64,000 nt of DNA, taken from positions 434,001 to 498,000 of the forward strand of contig NW_026250407.1 in assembly GCF_024521635.1 (NCBI RefSeq), in the 5' to 3' direction. A model generated the notes under the pieces. It made no database searches. It saw only the letters and a program-made list of their open reading frames with translations, and had not been told where the DNA came from. The translations under genes were made by a program, and so were the position numbers. The stretch comes from Tricharina praecox. Lineage: Eukaryota. This document shows, piece by piece, positions 1 through 12,473 of the stretch (position 1 is the first letter of the stretch; every line of letters begins with the position of its first letter).

Positions 1-492
1 CCCGAAAGGCGTGCAGACGGTCGAGGACGCGCGGCTCGCCGTTGAAGCCGGCGTCAAGGCCATCTACGTTTCCAACCACGGCGGCCGCCAACTCGACACC
101 TCGCAGCAGCCGCTGGAAACGCTCCTCGAGATCTTGCGCTACGCCCCCGAGATCTTCGAGCAGGTCGACGTCTTCGCCGATGGAGGCGTGCGCTACGGCA
201 CCGACGTCCTGAAGCTCCTCGCCATGGGCGTCAAGATGGTCGGAATGGGAAGGCCGCCGATGTTCGCGAATGTGTTTGGCGAGGAAGGTGTCACCGCGCT
301 CGTCGAGGTCATGCGCAGGGAGGTCTGGGTTGACGCTGCGAATCTCGGCGTCCAGGATGTGAAGAAGATTGATCCTACTTATGTGAGTTCCCCTGTTCCC
401 CCAGAAGAAGAAGTGAGTGGAGGATAGATGTTGACGTGACGGGTGGCTAGTTGAACCTTAAGAGGCTCGAACAGTATATGGCGGATCTTTAA
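1..492 (+). CDS. FMN-dependent alpha-hydroxy acid dehydrogenase/oxidase (cytochrome b2/glycolate oxidase family), 3' part; 5' end lies outside the window
   Basis: Motifs KGVQTVEDA, VSNHGGRQLD and DGGVRYGTDVLK. Phase-0 intron 383-450 (GTGAGT...TAG), then last exon LNLKRLEQYMADL* ending at 492. Confidence 0.9.
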
Positions 493-1054
493 ATGGCGGG
501 TTAGAGGCTGAAGACCTCGATGAATTTCGCATGTAAAATAGAGGACGCATGATTATAAATGATATACCAATGCAAACTGCAACATACCCCTTCAATTCGA
601 GTGACCATATTCATTTTTCATACGATATCACTCGAGAATCACCACACGGCATTATTTTTTTTGGTTGGCCCAGGATACTGTGGACAGGAAAGGACAAATG
701 TACGGCCGTCATAGTCATGAATAGTTAGAATACGTGTATGATCGAATCAATAAGACTGGCTAAGAAGATCTCAATGTTGCTGGCCCGGAGCAGCGGGCTC
801 TCGTGGAAAAAGTATACGCACAATCTCACCAGCCTAGGTAGAAAGTCATAAGGACCTTGATCAAAGGGTGTACTTTCAGTCCACAGGGCCAAAAACGGCC
901 CTCATCTGCTACAGCAGGAGGTATCGATGACTCTATCCATTTTTGTAGAACCCTTTTAATTACCAAAGTAGAACGTCATCGAGAAAAAAAAAGCGAAAAA
1001 AGTTCCGATCCCAAGAGCACACACACAATCGATTCCCAAGAGTTGTTGTTGCAT

Positions 1055-2476
1055 CTATTCGACAGCGATCTGCCGGCCACCCCTCCGTCCAGCCTCCATT
1101 CCAGCACCACTGCCACTGGGACCGCCACCGCTGCCCTGCTCCTTCTGCTGCTCCTTGGCAGCCCTCACAACCTGCAGAATGCTGCTCAGCGAGTCCTTCC
1201 ACACGTCCAGACGGTCGGCGACCTGCTCCCACTCGGACATGCCGAACGTCCGGCTCTCGGCACGGTGTATCAGGAACGTCTGGTTGAGCTGCGAGAGCTT
1301 TCCCTCGACCAGGCCGGCGCGGATCACATCGATGACCCAGAGCTCGACTTCCTCCGAGGGCACGTGCAGGCGGCGCGAGATGTTGATGTAGGGGAGCTCG
1401 CGGTCGGGGCACGAGGCGGCGAGAGACGTCAGCGTGAGCAGACGGATCTTGCGGTAGGCGATGGCGTGGTCAATGCCGTTGTCGTCGACCCAGCCCTCGT
1501 GCTCGTCGTTGAACTCGATGTAGTCCTCCAACTGGCCGCCGGCAAATACATCGTACAGTTGGAACAGCTCTGGGTCGGAGTCTTGGAGAGCCTGGATGGT
1601 GGGGAAGGTGGAGAGTTCCTCGAGGTCGAGACGGCTGGGGAGGTTGATGGCCGCCTTGACGAGGCGGGTGGCGAGCTCGCGCGCTTGTGGTGCCGATGCC
1701 TCTGCGTCCGGGAATGTCTGCAGGGCCTTGACAAGGAACTTGTAGAACTGCTCTTCGTCGCTGGCCTCCTCGGCGATGTTGGCGATCTCCAGGTAGAGAT
1801 CCCGGGCCTCCTCTACGCTGACCGACCACTCGGAAATCCACTTGTCGACATTCTTGAGCTGCGGGGCGAGGGTGTCGTACAGGCTGTGTGCGGCGATCAC
1901 CTTCAAGGTAGTGCGGTAGACGGGGTAGCGCGCAGGGCTGTTGACGGGGAGGACATTGAAGATGGTCGACAGGACCGAGATGACCAGGGCGGGACCGTTG
2001 TGCGGTGATGTCGGCGGTGGTGTGCTCAAGACCTCGAGGAAGGTGGCAATGTAGGTAGGGAACTCGGGCGACGAGCGGGCAAGGTGGATGAGAAGGTTGA
2101 AGGCGGGGATGAACTCTGAAAGTCAAATTAGTTCGACATCGTCAATGGAAGTGGTTTCGATGTGTCGCCAAGATGGAGACAAGGCGACAAAAAAAGTCAT
2201 ACCTCTCTCAGGTGCCGACGACAGTGCCGCGCTCGCGGCAACAGTCCTCTTCAGCGCCTCCTCCTTCTGGTCGTTCTCCACAAAGTTCTCGATGTCCAAG
2301 CTGAGGCCTTTCGAAGGATTCGTCTTGCTTATGGTATCGATGTACTGGGCGAGCTCGACGATCTGGTCTATCCGGCGCCATCTTCATTAGCCTTTCGTCC
2401 CTCATTCACTGCCCCTCAGACATGGCATACCGGCAAAGGTCCCCTCGACCATCAACGTGTTGATTTCAGTCGCCAT
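1055..2476 (-). CDS. eIF3m: Eukaryotic translation initiation factor 3 subunit M (PCI domain)
   Basis: Exons 2476-2431, 2367-2203 and 2115-1055 with GTATG donors and CTAAT branch points. Protein runs MATEINTLMVEGTFADQIVELAQYID...KIRLLTLTSLA...EVELWVIDVIRAGLVEGKLSQ, typical of fungal eIF3m. Confidence 0.92.
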
Positions 2477-3200
2477 GATTTCGTCGGTACCGTTCGTGTC
2501 TGGCAGCAGCGGCGGCGGCGTCGTCGAAGTGTTGTGATGAGCTTCGTCGAAGCGGAGACTGATTGGGCTGGTACTAGGTCGGGTTTCGATCGATACGGCG
2601 GGGCAACACTTTTTTTTCTGCTTTAGGTTTTTGGGTGGTTTCTGTGCGAAGTTTGCCAAGCACGTGCAATAGTGGGGGAAGTCCAGCAACGAAGCGAAAA
2701 CCAGCAGCAGAGAGAGCGATAATGAAATTAATAATTTGAATAGATAAATGCCCAAGTAAGTTGGACTTTGATCCTCTCTGTGAATTGCGACGATTCTATG
2801 GCTATCATCCTCCTTAGTCTGCGTTATGTTGCGCCTTCCACACATAAAAAGCGGGAAAACTCCAAAACTAAAACACAACCCGTTTTGCGTAATCGATCTT
2901 GTGTGGGATGATCTTATCTTATCTGTGGCTGATAAGGGCTTAACCCTGCACTCCCACAAACGTCACAGAGTTGTGCTGCAAATCAATCGCGCACAGAGCA
3001 AGCAAGCGTGCGTATGGAGATTCAAGCCCGCCCGCCTCAACCCCAACGAACGCCCCGAACGACAAATTAACGCCCAACGACCCCCCTACCCGCCCTTCCC
3101 GCAGTCTCCCTAGACCGTCGTAAGTTCCGGCATTTCGACTTCTACAACAAAACTCAAGTTCTGACGCTTTCGTGTTGCAGCGAGAAACCAACCGCCCAAC

Positions 3201-3895
3201 ATGGTCAAGAAGAGAGCTGCCAAGTACGTTTGCACCCCCGAGATCCCCGCAGCCCATGGCCGATTTCCGACCTGCGAGAATGCGACAAGAGGAGGATGCG
3301 GCGGAAGGGGAAAAGAAGGAGCTGGAGCTGGTCGGGAATTGGAGCAATTGGAGCTATAAAAGAGCTATGGGCGGCCGGGGATAGGCAGCAGGAGAGGATG
3401 GAAATGCTGATGATGGTTCCAACTGCAGCGGTCGCAACAAGTCCGGACGTGGACACGTCAAGCCCATCCGTTGCTCCAACTGCTCGCGATGCACCCCCAA
3501 GGACAAGGCCATCAAGAGATTCACCATCCGCAACATGGTCGAGACCGCTGCCATCCGTACGCTGCCTTGCTGGTCTCAAATACGCGAAAACGGCTACTGA
3601 TTCTGTTGGTCAATGTTAGGTGATATCGAGGAGGCCACCGTCTACACCGAGTACCACCTCCCCAAGATGTACTTGAAGCTCCAGTACTGTGTCTCCTGCG
3701 CCATCCACGGCAAGATCGTTCGGTACGCGCCCACTCCTATCCTTAGATACCTTAAGCACGTCGGACACACATTAACAAGATGATTGCAGTGTCCGTTCGC
3801 GTACCGGCCGTCGCAACCGTGCTCCTCCCCCTCGTGTGAGGTACAACAAGGACGGCAAGAAGATTAACCCCAACGCTGCCGCTAAGACCGCTTAA
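3201..3895 (+). CDS. RPS26: 40S ribosomal protein S26 (eS26)
   Basis: Spliced product [46 protein letters not shown]...[20 protein letters not shown]. Three introns (first 3224-3428); stop TAA at 3893-3895. Confidence 0.97.
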
Positions 3896-4432
3896 TTGCG
3901 GATATCTTGTTTGTGGTGGAATGGGAAAAATCAACTGGGCGTTTTTCATTTGCTTGGGATCGCTTTTTTTTTTCCCGGTGATCTATAATTGAACAATCCC
4001 GCGAAATGATGGCTGTATTCATGTGATTTGAGTCAAACCGCCGCTCGTCGAAGGCTCTCATGCGAACCCACTCGGTTCACTCATGTATCAAGCTTCTAAA
4101 AACCGTGTAACTGTTGAAGATGAAAGCAATGCAGCCACAAGATACCACGCCGATGTGCTCTAGAATAGCAGGCGAGCGGGTGATCGGCAGGTAGCTGACC
4201 TTCCCATCACATGAATGCAGCAGGCCACAATTCTCCGTTCTCCGAACCCTAACCGCAGCCCTGCGGAATTATCGATCCCATCTGTTCATCACGCCAGAAC
4301 TCGCAACTACCGCACGGCGGCACCTACTACTCTACAGCTCCGGCCACAACGATTGTAACCACACACCGCGTCGCGAGCTTCACACAAATCAACCTACCTA
4401 CCACCTACCTTCATCACCAAGCACGCAATACA

Positions 4433-4890
4433 ATGTCAGGCTTCGGGCGCCCTCCTGGGGCAATAACCTGGTCCCCAACACCGTCTGTACTCCCCTCGCG
4501 TCCTCAATTGTTTCTCGCCCATCCCACCATATCACGTGTTGACATTCCCACAGCCCGCAGCGGGGGTCCTTCCCCCTCGACCATGACAACGAGTGCAAGC
4601 CGGTAATGGTCGAGTACCTCGCATGCCTCAAGCGCGTTCGCGGCACGAACGATCACCAATGCCGGCTCATCGCGAAAGAGTACCTCAAGTGTCGCATGGA
4701 TCGGCAGCTAATGGCGAAGGACGAGATGGCGAATTTAGGGTTTCAGGAGGATGTACCAGCGGCAGCGGCGAAGGGGACGGTACAGGCGATTGAGAAATTG
4801 GCGGGGGGGGATAGGCTCGAGGAATTGAGGAGGGAGAATGCACGGCTTGTGGAGGAGAGGAAGAAACGCGAGGTAGCGGAGGGACGGTGA
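4433..4890 (+). CDS. COX19: Cytochrome c oxidase assembly protein Cox19 (twin Cx9C)
   Basis: MSGFGRPPG...[29 protein letters not shown]...CRLIAKEYLKCRMDRQLMAKDEMANLGF. Intron 4483-4553. Confidence 0.93.
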
Positions 4891-5063
4891 TGATGATGGG
4901 GAAAGGCGGGGTGGGGTGTAAGATAGTTGTGTTGTACAATATTTTATTTTTGCTATCATACCATTTCCATCTTATGCACCGTGCTCATCCATGCACACTG
5001 AGCAACCGAGCATCGGAACTTGCCACCTCCCCCTCCGCACCCATCCACAGCCAGCCCAGTGCG

Positions 5064-7266
5064 ATGTCTTGCGCGCAACCCAACCGCCTCCACCACCACA
5101 GTCTGACGCCGAACAGCTGTCTGATCGGGATCTTGCTGATAACCCGCTCCTCGGTCGGCCCAACACTGACATTCCACTACCCGCTACGGCCGCGCCTCGA
5201 ATCCTCGGCGCTGACACGAAGCAACTCGCCCACTACCTCGTCGTCGTCGGAATCCTCGGGCGAAGACGATGATGCCGACGAAGGGTCGAGGACTACTACT
5301 ACTGCGCCGCCGGGAGGGGCGACGGGTGGAGGTGCGGGGTATGCGGCTAGTGATACTGAGTCGAGGAGTCGGTATCATTCCGGCAGATCACGGCATGGTG
5401 GAGATGATGAGGAAAAGTCTGGGAAGGTGAAGAAGAAACATGGCGAGTACAATCACGTACTGGGATTCGAAAGCGACTTTCTGGCCGGGCTGTTGGCACC
5501 ACGCATGGCCGCGGCTAAGGGGAGGTTTGAAATGAGTGTAGACGATGTGGTGTTCCTGGGTGCACCGGTGCATGTCAGGCCAGATGGATTGTGGAGGAAG
5601 CGCAAGAAGCGGAGGAGGAAGAGTGAGCCTGATAATGGCGAGGAAGAGGAGGAGGAAGAAGGGGAGGCGAAAGAAAATGTGGCGGATTGGAACGTCGCCG
5701 CAGAAGGGGATGAGCAGGGGGAGAATGGGGAGACTGGGTTAAATGTTGTCCCTGCTGCGGCCGCGGGGATGGTGGGTGCGGAGGGGGACCACGGTGGTAA
5801 TGGGAATGCGAATGCGAATGGCGGGGAGCACCATCACGATGGCGATGCGGACGACGAGCGCGACGACGACGGTGACACGCTGAAGGGCTCCGGCACGATG
5901 AACATGTTCCACGTTGTCTTCGTCCTCAACCCACCGGAGCTAGAATATCACTTTCGGGTCAAGGAGATGTTCGAATATGTGGTGAAGCGGTTCTCTCGCG
6001 CGCTCAAGTACGAGCAGGCCAAGGATGGGTATGTGTGGCGGGAGGCGGAGAAGATCTCGCGCATGAAAGATCAGGCGGCTCAGAAAGGTTTGGTTTTGCT
6101 CCACCGTTTGTATCTGTTGCGTGCTGATCTGTGGATGAAGATACGAGCTTTGGGGAGCTGTGGAGGCAGATACTGGAACAGAGTAACCTGGCCTACGCTA
6201 TTTCGCGCATCTATAGCGATATCTCGCAGAGCAAGATTGCCCATGTACTGCTCAACAACTCGCTGGGACTTTCGCTACAGATCCCGATTGTCTCCGAGAT
6301 CGCAGTGTTGCCAACACTCACGGATCCGCAAGTGCCTGGCCTGTTTGTCTCCCTCTATCCCCTGATGTATCGTCACTAACACCAGCCAGGCCATTGACAA
6401 CAGCCAATTCATTCGGCGACGACGAAACTGAGGGCGATGTGTTGCTCGCAAAGCACTTTACCCTCCTCTTCCTCGAAGACGTCGAGTCAATCCTCAAAGA
6501 AATCGCCGCCGAAGCATCCGAATCATCAGCGTCACTCGCACACTTCGTTAAATCCGTGAAGCCTACGCTCTCCTTCATCCAAATTTCGCAGCAATGCGGA
6601 ATTCAACTCCAAGATATCCAAACCCTAGCACGGCACCTTGTGCACTGGCGCAAAGCACGGGCAATCCCCCCGATTCACCAGCGGGATACTTACATTGTCT
6701 CACCGAACGCGGACATGAAGCGGCTGTCGAGCCTAATCCCGCTCTATGCCAAAACTTTCCCCACACTTCCCGCTCTGCCAGTCATGTTATCGCTCCTCTC
6801 GGGAAAGCCAAAGCCATACGTTACCTTCATCCCCACCCGCGACCACCGCGGCGCATACCTTGAGATCCTGACCTGGCTCATCCGCTACAGCCTCGTCACA
6901 CAACTACGTAACTTCGCCTGGGTGAAGATTCCAATACACGTCAAGATGGCAGTGCATAAAGAACGGCAGATGCAGATGTCCCCCCAGCCGCCGGAGCCGA
7001 TCGAGGATGACGTCGACGAGAAGCTGGAGGAAGAGAGCTTTGTGCTGGAACCTAGTAGGGCCAGTGGCATCGAGAGTGCGTGGTTGGAGATGTGTACGCG
7101 CCACCAGCCCAAGGATGTGAAGATTCTTTTTGAGAGGATGGCGAAATATCTGAATGGGCAGCATGCGCTGGAGAAGATTGCGATTAGGGAGGGGATTAGT
7201 CGGAGAGAAGTCAGGAGAGTCCTGGTGGCTATGGAGTCGGTGTTGGTTTATGCTAAACACTGGTAG
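5064..7266 (+). CDS. NPR3: Nitrogen permease regulator 3 (SEACIT/GATOR1 subunit)
   Basis: N-terminal LIGILLITRSSVGPTLTFHYP; FEMSVDDVVFLGAPVH; MFHVVFVLNPP; ALKYEQAK; LARHLVHWRKARAIPPIH; YLNGQHALEKIAIREG. Introns 6088-6140 and 6343-6389. Confidence 0.9.
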
Positions 7267-7350
7267 ATGGAGAGTACTCTAGAATAATGTTCTTGTAGAA
7301 GCTGTAATCAAAAGGATCATCATGGGTATCAATCATTACATAAATCTTGC

Positions 7351-8668
7351 TCACAACTCATCCTTCACATCCTCCTCAGGCTCCACCACAGTCCTCCCCT
7401 TCACTGGTTTCTCATCACAAACGACCACTCCGTGATCCAGCAGACTAACGCCCACATACTTCCCGCCCTCCAGCACTGCACCAGTACTAACCGGGCCATA
7501 AAACCCACCATCATCCACAAATACCGTCTCCCATCTCCACTCTTCCCTCCTTAGGGCTGAATTGGCAACATCATACTTCCTCTTCACGACCTCGACGGCG
7601 TCCTCCCGCATCTTCAGCAGTGGCAGCACCTTGGCCGTCAGTCCTCCGGGCTTCCTCGCCTCCGGGTTCTTACTGCTCTCTAACATTCCCCGCAGCGACG
7701 TGAAACCACTAACAAACAGCTCTCCAGCCGTAAACACGAGATTATCCGCCAGCACCGCGGCCCTGAGAAACATCGCGCCGCCGATCCTAGCCGGATCCGC
7801 CGGATCGTACTCGAATTCGTATATGCCCTTCAACGTGGCGACAGCCCAAACACGGTTCGTAGCAGTATCCACGGCCACACCATTCCCGAGCGCCAAGCGC
7901 GAGATCATATGTGCCTTCTCTATGCTGACCCCTCCCTCGCTATCGCTCGCAAGGGCAACGTGGACCAGACTCCCGCCGGGCGCAGCGGTCAGCAGCTCCG
8001 CCGCCAGCGCAATTACGTGCGCCGCGCCGCGCCGCGCGAACAGCAGGTCGTTGGTGAGATAGAACCCGTCCGGCCCCGTGGCGGCAACGGAGTTGGGCGA
8101 GGCGATGCGCGGGTGCTCCAGTGTTGCCACGTGTGTGGCCGCGCCGGTGGAGAGGGCTAGGTCGAAGACCTCGACCCGCGGCCCAGCACGCGCCTGGTTC
8201 ACGACAAAGAATCGTGTTCCCGAGGTGGTGTTCGTGGCCGAGATGCCGAGCGGGCGGAAGTCCGAGATGCCCAGGTGTGCCCTCGTCGGCGCCGACGCTG
8301 GTGAGGCGGGGTTGTAGATCCAGACCTCGCCCACGGGCAGCCCTGCCGGGATGTTCCCCGTTATGTGGTCCCATTGGAGCCGTGAGGGATCGCAGGCGAG
8401 CAGGAGCAGCGGCGAATTCGGGATCGTGCTGAAGTCTTCACAGTAGGCGAGGAGCGGGCGGTGGTGCACGGCGCAGGTGTGCGGTGTTGCGATTGCCGGG
8501 AGCGGCGGGACGAGGAAGAACGGTGAGCGCAGGGTGAGCGTCTTCCACAGGAGCGCGAGGAAGGAGATGAGCCCTATCCAGCGAAGCTGGGTGTTGGTTA
8601 CGGGGAGGGCACTGAGAATGTTAGTGAGTACCTATGATGGAGGAGAGACATAGTTACGGTGGTGCCAT
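7351..8668 (-). CDS. Paraoxonase/arylesterase-like six-bladed beta-propeller with N-terminal signal anchor and C-terminal KDEL
   Basis: Small first exon ATGGCACCACC, then intron to 8612, giving a hydrophobic N-terminus (WIGLISFLALLW). PON-like motifs CED, LLLLACD, FRPLGI, SPNSV, FYLTND, NGV, ADNL. Ends ...EEDVKDEL*. Confidence 0.8.
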
Positions 8669-9140
8669 GGAGGTGATCGGTTGGGGTTTCTAGATGACAG
8701 TGGGCATGATGTGAGGTTAAGGTTATGGCCTACATAGACGTTGAGGTCTATATAAATAAAGCTGAGATGCGTTGTTGGTGGGCTGATAACGGGAATGACG
8801 GTAGGCACGCATTGATTGGCAGGCGCGCTAATGGATTGCTTTAGACGTGATTCAATAGGCAGGTGATACCGCGATGGATGTCACCCGCACTCACTTCACT
8901 TTTTTTTCTAGAAGGCTGACAAAAGTAGCCATTGATTCCGTCTCATCCTCCACAGCTACAGTCCAAAATTTCACCCAATTCGTCCCTTCTGTAAAAGAAA
9001 CCCGCCAACCCATCTTATCGAAAAAGAAACCGCATGTGCAAACTAGTATAGTACAAAAGAATTCCCGTTGAACACCAAGGATCCGATCGTCACAGCAACT
9101 TCGTTACAAAGAAAGCCTCTGCGCCGCAGCATGGTGATTT

Positions 9141-11549
9141 CTAAAACTTCCCATTCTTCACTCCTTCCACCTTTCCGGTCACCTCGATACCCTCCGCCGA
9201 AAGATCAATCTGCTCGACTCCGATGTCGCCATTCCTCCACTTGCCCTCGAGCATATCGTTTGACTCCTTTGGCTTAACGCCAACAGAGGTTCCGACTGTG
9301 ACGTGGGGGATGTTGTTGGCACATTCCCACTTGTCGCCGACGAGGCTGGCAGTGATGGCCATGACACGTCCGTCCCAGACCACGGACTCGAGTTTGATTG
9401 TGCCGGTACCCATAGGTTCGCCCACCGCCTTCGCGTCGCTGTAGAGCTTAATGTAGCGCTCCCACATTTCCTTGTTCTGTGACTTGTTGGCATTGTGAAG
9501 GAGGGTTACGTGAAACTTTTGCTGTACACGGTGGGCGGACTTGAGCTCGTAGTAATAGGCACGCTTCTCCTCGGGGGCTGTGGCGATCGCCTTCTCGACG
9601 GCTGAGACTATGATGCTGGGAGGGAGGGAAACGCTGAAGTAGTCAACGTCCACCTTCTTCGACGTCTGTTGCTGGGGTTGCGTCTGCGCTCTCTTCGGGG
9701 CTGGCGTGGCGGAGCCCTTGATGGTGTGTTTGATCGCTGGCTTGTACTCATCGAAGGAAGCCTTGATCGCATCGTCCAGCGCTGCGGCGGATGGAATCTC
9801 AGGCACCAGCTTGGGATAGGCATGGTGGAGCGCCTTGACCACAGTCTCGAGGTTCTCCCTGGATTCCTTGAGCGGATCAAGATCGATGACATTGTCAAAG
9901 GAGCGGTCAGGGAATTCGTCGATATCCACCGACTGAAACCGATTCAAAAAGCCCTCCATAATTCCGATAATCTCGCTGTTGTTCTTGGTAGCGGCATGGA
10001 TGGTCTGATGGTTGTCGCCACGGCTGAGTACGCGCTTTCGGGTGATCTCTCGAATCTTGTCTTGGAGGTCCTTGTCGGTGCTGCTGTGGTGGACGTAATT
10101 AAGGGCAACAAAATGCGCCTGGTTGACCCCGGGGCTCATGTCGTCGATTAGCTGCTTGCGTTCGCGCTTTTGATGATTGTTTCGGTCTGCAATCACCGCA
10201 GGGCAAACCACGAGTGCCTTGGTGCAAGCGGCTGCAAAAGCCTGGGGCTTTCCCTTGCGAGCGGTGAGGTTGTCGTTCTGAATGTGAGACCAGCCAAAGA
10301 GTTTGGTCAACGCATGCGCAACAGTCGTCTTTCCGCAACCAATTGTAGCGACCGGAACGAGTACGAGCTTCAGGTTGCTGTCCTGACCTGTTCCCTTCTC
10401 TTCTAAGTCCATCCTGACGATATCGGCGCCCTTGAGACCGCTGTGGGCAAGGTATGCGTTTCGCAATTTGATGATGCCGTGGTTCATCTTGTATTGATCG
10501 GCCGCACCCTTGTTCTGAATGAAGTATGCAGAAGCAAACTTCAAGTACTCTCTGGTGATTTCCTTGTGGTTTCGGTACCTCGGTTCCTTTCCGGCAATCA
10601 GGGCCTTGGTGCATTCTCGCCACTGCCGGTACAGAAGGTAAGGCTCCTCGAACTTGTACTTAAAGAACCAGTCCTCCCAGTTGGGGTCGCTGGCATCAGT
10701 TCTCGCTTTGCATCGAATGACGAAACCCTCCACATCCTTCCCATCCCACGAACCCGTCTCCGCAGCTTCTTCCAGGAACTTCCGGAGCTGCTGAACATCA
10801 TCCTTAACGACATAGTCGATCTTGCGGAACGCCCACTCCTCGGCAAACTTGTGCACCTCCGGCATCGAGTATGTCGCAAAATCTCCGAGGTTGTAGTTGA
10901 TACCGTGAAGGTAGAGACCGGCCTGATCTCCCTCATACGCCAGGATATGCTCCTCAAAAGAATCATCACACAGCTCCGCCACGGCGGTAACATTGGCGTT
11001 GTAGAGCGTCTCCGCCAGATCCCGCCTCGTCTTCCCAATCTGCGCCAACTGCTTATCGACCCATCGCTCGCCAACAATCGCATGCGACGCTTCAGTCTCC
11101 TCCCTCGCACCAGTTGAATGCTTACTGCACACTAACAAGGTCCCATCCGGCAATCCCGAGATGAAAATGATGCACCCATTCTCCTTCACGGTGACTTCAT
11201 ATGGGGCCTTCGTATTGTCCGCAATCCACTCCCATTTGGTGCACTTCACCTCGTTAATGTTGAAGAATTTATCGTAACCGCGGATGGCGATGCGGTAGTT
11301 CCCGGAAACCTTGTCGCGCCATGTGAAGAGTCCGCGTGCGTATGTGGGGAGAGTGTGCTTCTTGAAGTCCTGCTCCTGGAATTTCCACGAGTCTACATTG
11401 TGCACAGTGTCTTCGATCGTGAAAGTGCTCTTTTTGCAGGAGAAGCCGTGCTCTTTGGGCTTTTTGCCGATGCCTGATTCGAGACGTGCGACAAGGGCGT
11501 TGACTGTGGCGGGGTCTTGGGGTTTACTGAGGGCGGGATCGGCCGACAT
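9141..11549 (-). CDS. TRL1: Fungal tRNA ligase (ligase, polynucleotide kinase and cyclic phosphodiesterase domains)
   Basis: 802-aa intronless ORF. Ligase motifs KENGCIIFISG and EGFVIRC; kinase P-loop ATIGCGKTT and DRNNH; CPDase HVT motifs (FHVTLLH, PHVTVGT). Confidence 0.96.
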   Translation of the reverse strand: MSADPALSKPQDPATVNALVARLESGIGKKPKEHGFSCKKSTFTIEDTVHNVDSWKFQEQDFKKHTLPTYARGLFTWRDKVSGNYRIAIRGYDKFFNINEVKCTKWEWIADNTKAPYEVTVKENGCIIFISGLPDGTLLVCSKHSTGAREETEASHAIVGERWVDKQLAQIGKTRRDLAETLYNANVTAVAELCDDSFEEHILAYEGDQAGLYLHGINYNLGDFATYSMPEVHKFAEEWAFRKIDYVVKDDVQQLRKFLEEAAETGSWDGKDVEGFVIRCKARTDASDPNWEDWFFKYKFEEPYLLYRQWRECTKALIAGKEPRYRNHKEITREYLKFASAYFIQNKGAADQYKMNHGIIKLRNAYLAHSGLKGADIVRMDLEEKGTGQDSNLKLVLVPVATIGCGKTTVAHALTKLFGWSHIQNDNLTARKGKPQAFAAACTKALVVCPAVIADRNNHQKRERKQLIDDMSPGVNQAHFVALNYVHHSSTDKDLQDKIREITRKRVLSRGDNHQTIHAATKNNSEIIGIMEGFLNRFQSVDIDEFPDRSFDNVIDLDPLKESRENLETVVKALHHAYPKLVPEIPSAAALDDAIKASFDEYKPAIKHTIKGSATPAPKRAQTQPQQQTSKKVDVDYFSVSLPPSIIVSAVEKAIATAPEEKRAYYYELKSAHRVQQKFHVTLLHNANKSQNKEMWERYIKLYSDAKAVGEPMGTGTIKLESVVWDGRVMAITASLVGDKWECANNIPHVTVGTSVGVKPKESNDMLEGKWRNGDIGVEQIDLSAEGIEVTGKVEGVKNGKF

Positions 11550-12473
11550 TGCGTGCGAGAAGGGTTGCTTGGTGGAAAGATAGCGGCGGTGATGCTGGTG
11601 TAGTGAGGGGTAGATGGTATGATATAAGGAGCGGGAGACAAAGCCGACAGGGGTTTTGGAAGAGGGTTCAAACTCGTAGGGTCTCTAAAGAAGTCCGTGA
11701 TGTTCTTTATTTGCGGGTGGAGGGGAAACAGATGCATACCTGCAAGCCGCTACCGCGCTAATGACGTTGACTCTTCGTAAGGCTGAACCCGAGGTGCATA
11801 CGGTGAGTGCTCCACGCAGGCGATGAGTCAGGGCAAACGATGTGACACATCTAGACATGATTGGGTACACTCAGTACTTCTGGCTGAGTATACTGATAAC
11901 TGCCAAACACTCTGTTCACCTCAAAGTTCTCCGGAAACTGAAACTGGACAGTATTCGGTGCCCCGGCGGGGAACTGGATTTGGCTCTAAAACTGGAACTG
12001 GAAACTGAGGCTATCCAAACGGGCCCTAAAACTTTCGGCGCCGAGAAGGAAGGTGGTGATCGAGGTGGAGCTCTTCTTGCGGTGAAGGATAATGAACAGA
12101 TGCGCGCAAGAAAGAAGGTCTCAAGGGTATTTCCAAGAATTATTCACCAGGAGGGATGTGCAGACGCCAATTGACTTCCGCCTAAGCAGTCACTTTTGTG
12201 TGCAGATCGCCCGGGAAAGTCACGGTCCATATTGCCAGACAAAATCCAGCAATGTTTCCTTCAGTCCATGATCCTCACTTCTCAGCTGAGTATTCAAAAC
12301 AGCTCTAAGATGCAAACTATGGTTACAAGTCACAATTAGGTAGAATGCCAGCAGAAAGACAAAAGCCCATGGTAAAAACAGTTCCTCCAAGTCAGACTAG
12401 GTTGAGCGTCCGGTGGCGTAGTCCTCTCGTATGACTTTCCCACACACCCCTCCCCCTCGATCTGCCCCCATGT

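Noticed and set aside
857..2008. 383-aa plus-strand ORF
   Set aside because: Antisense shadow of eIF3m, a consequence of GC3-biased codons; no recognisable motifs.
4240..4260. AACCCTAACC telomere-like word
   Set aside because: A single unit in a promoter; not a telomeric array and too short to call a site.
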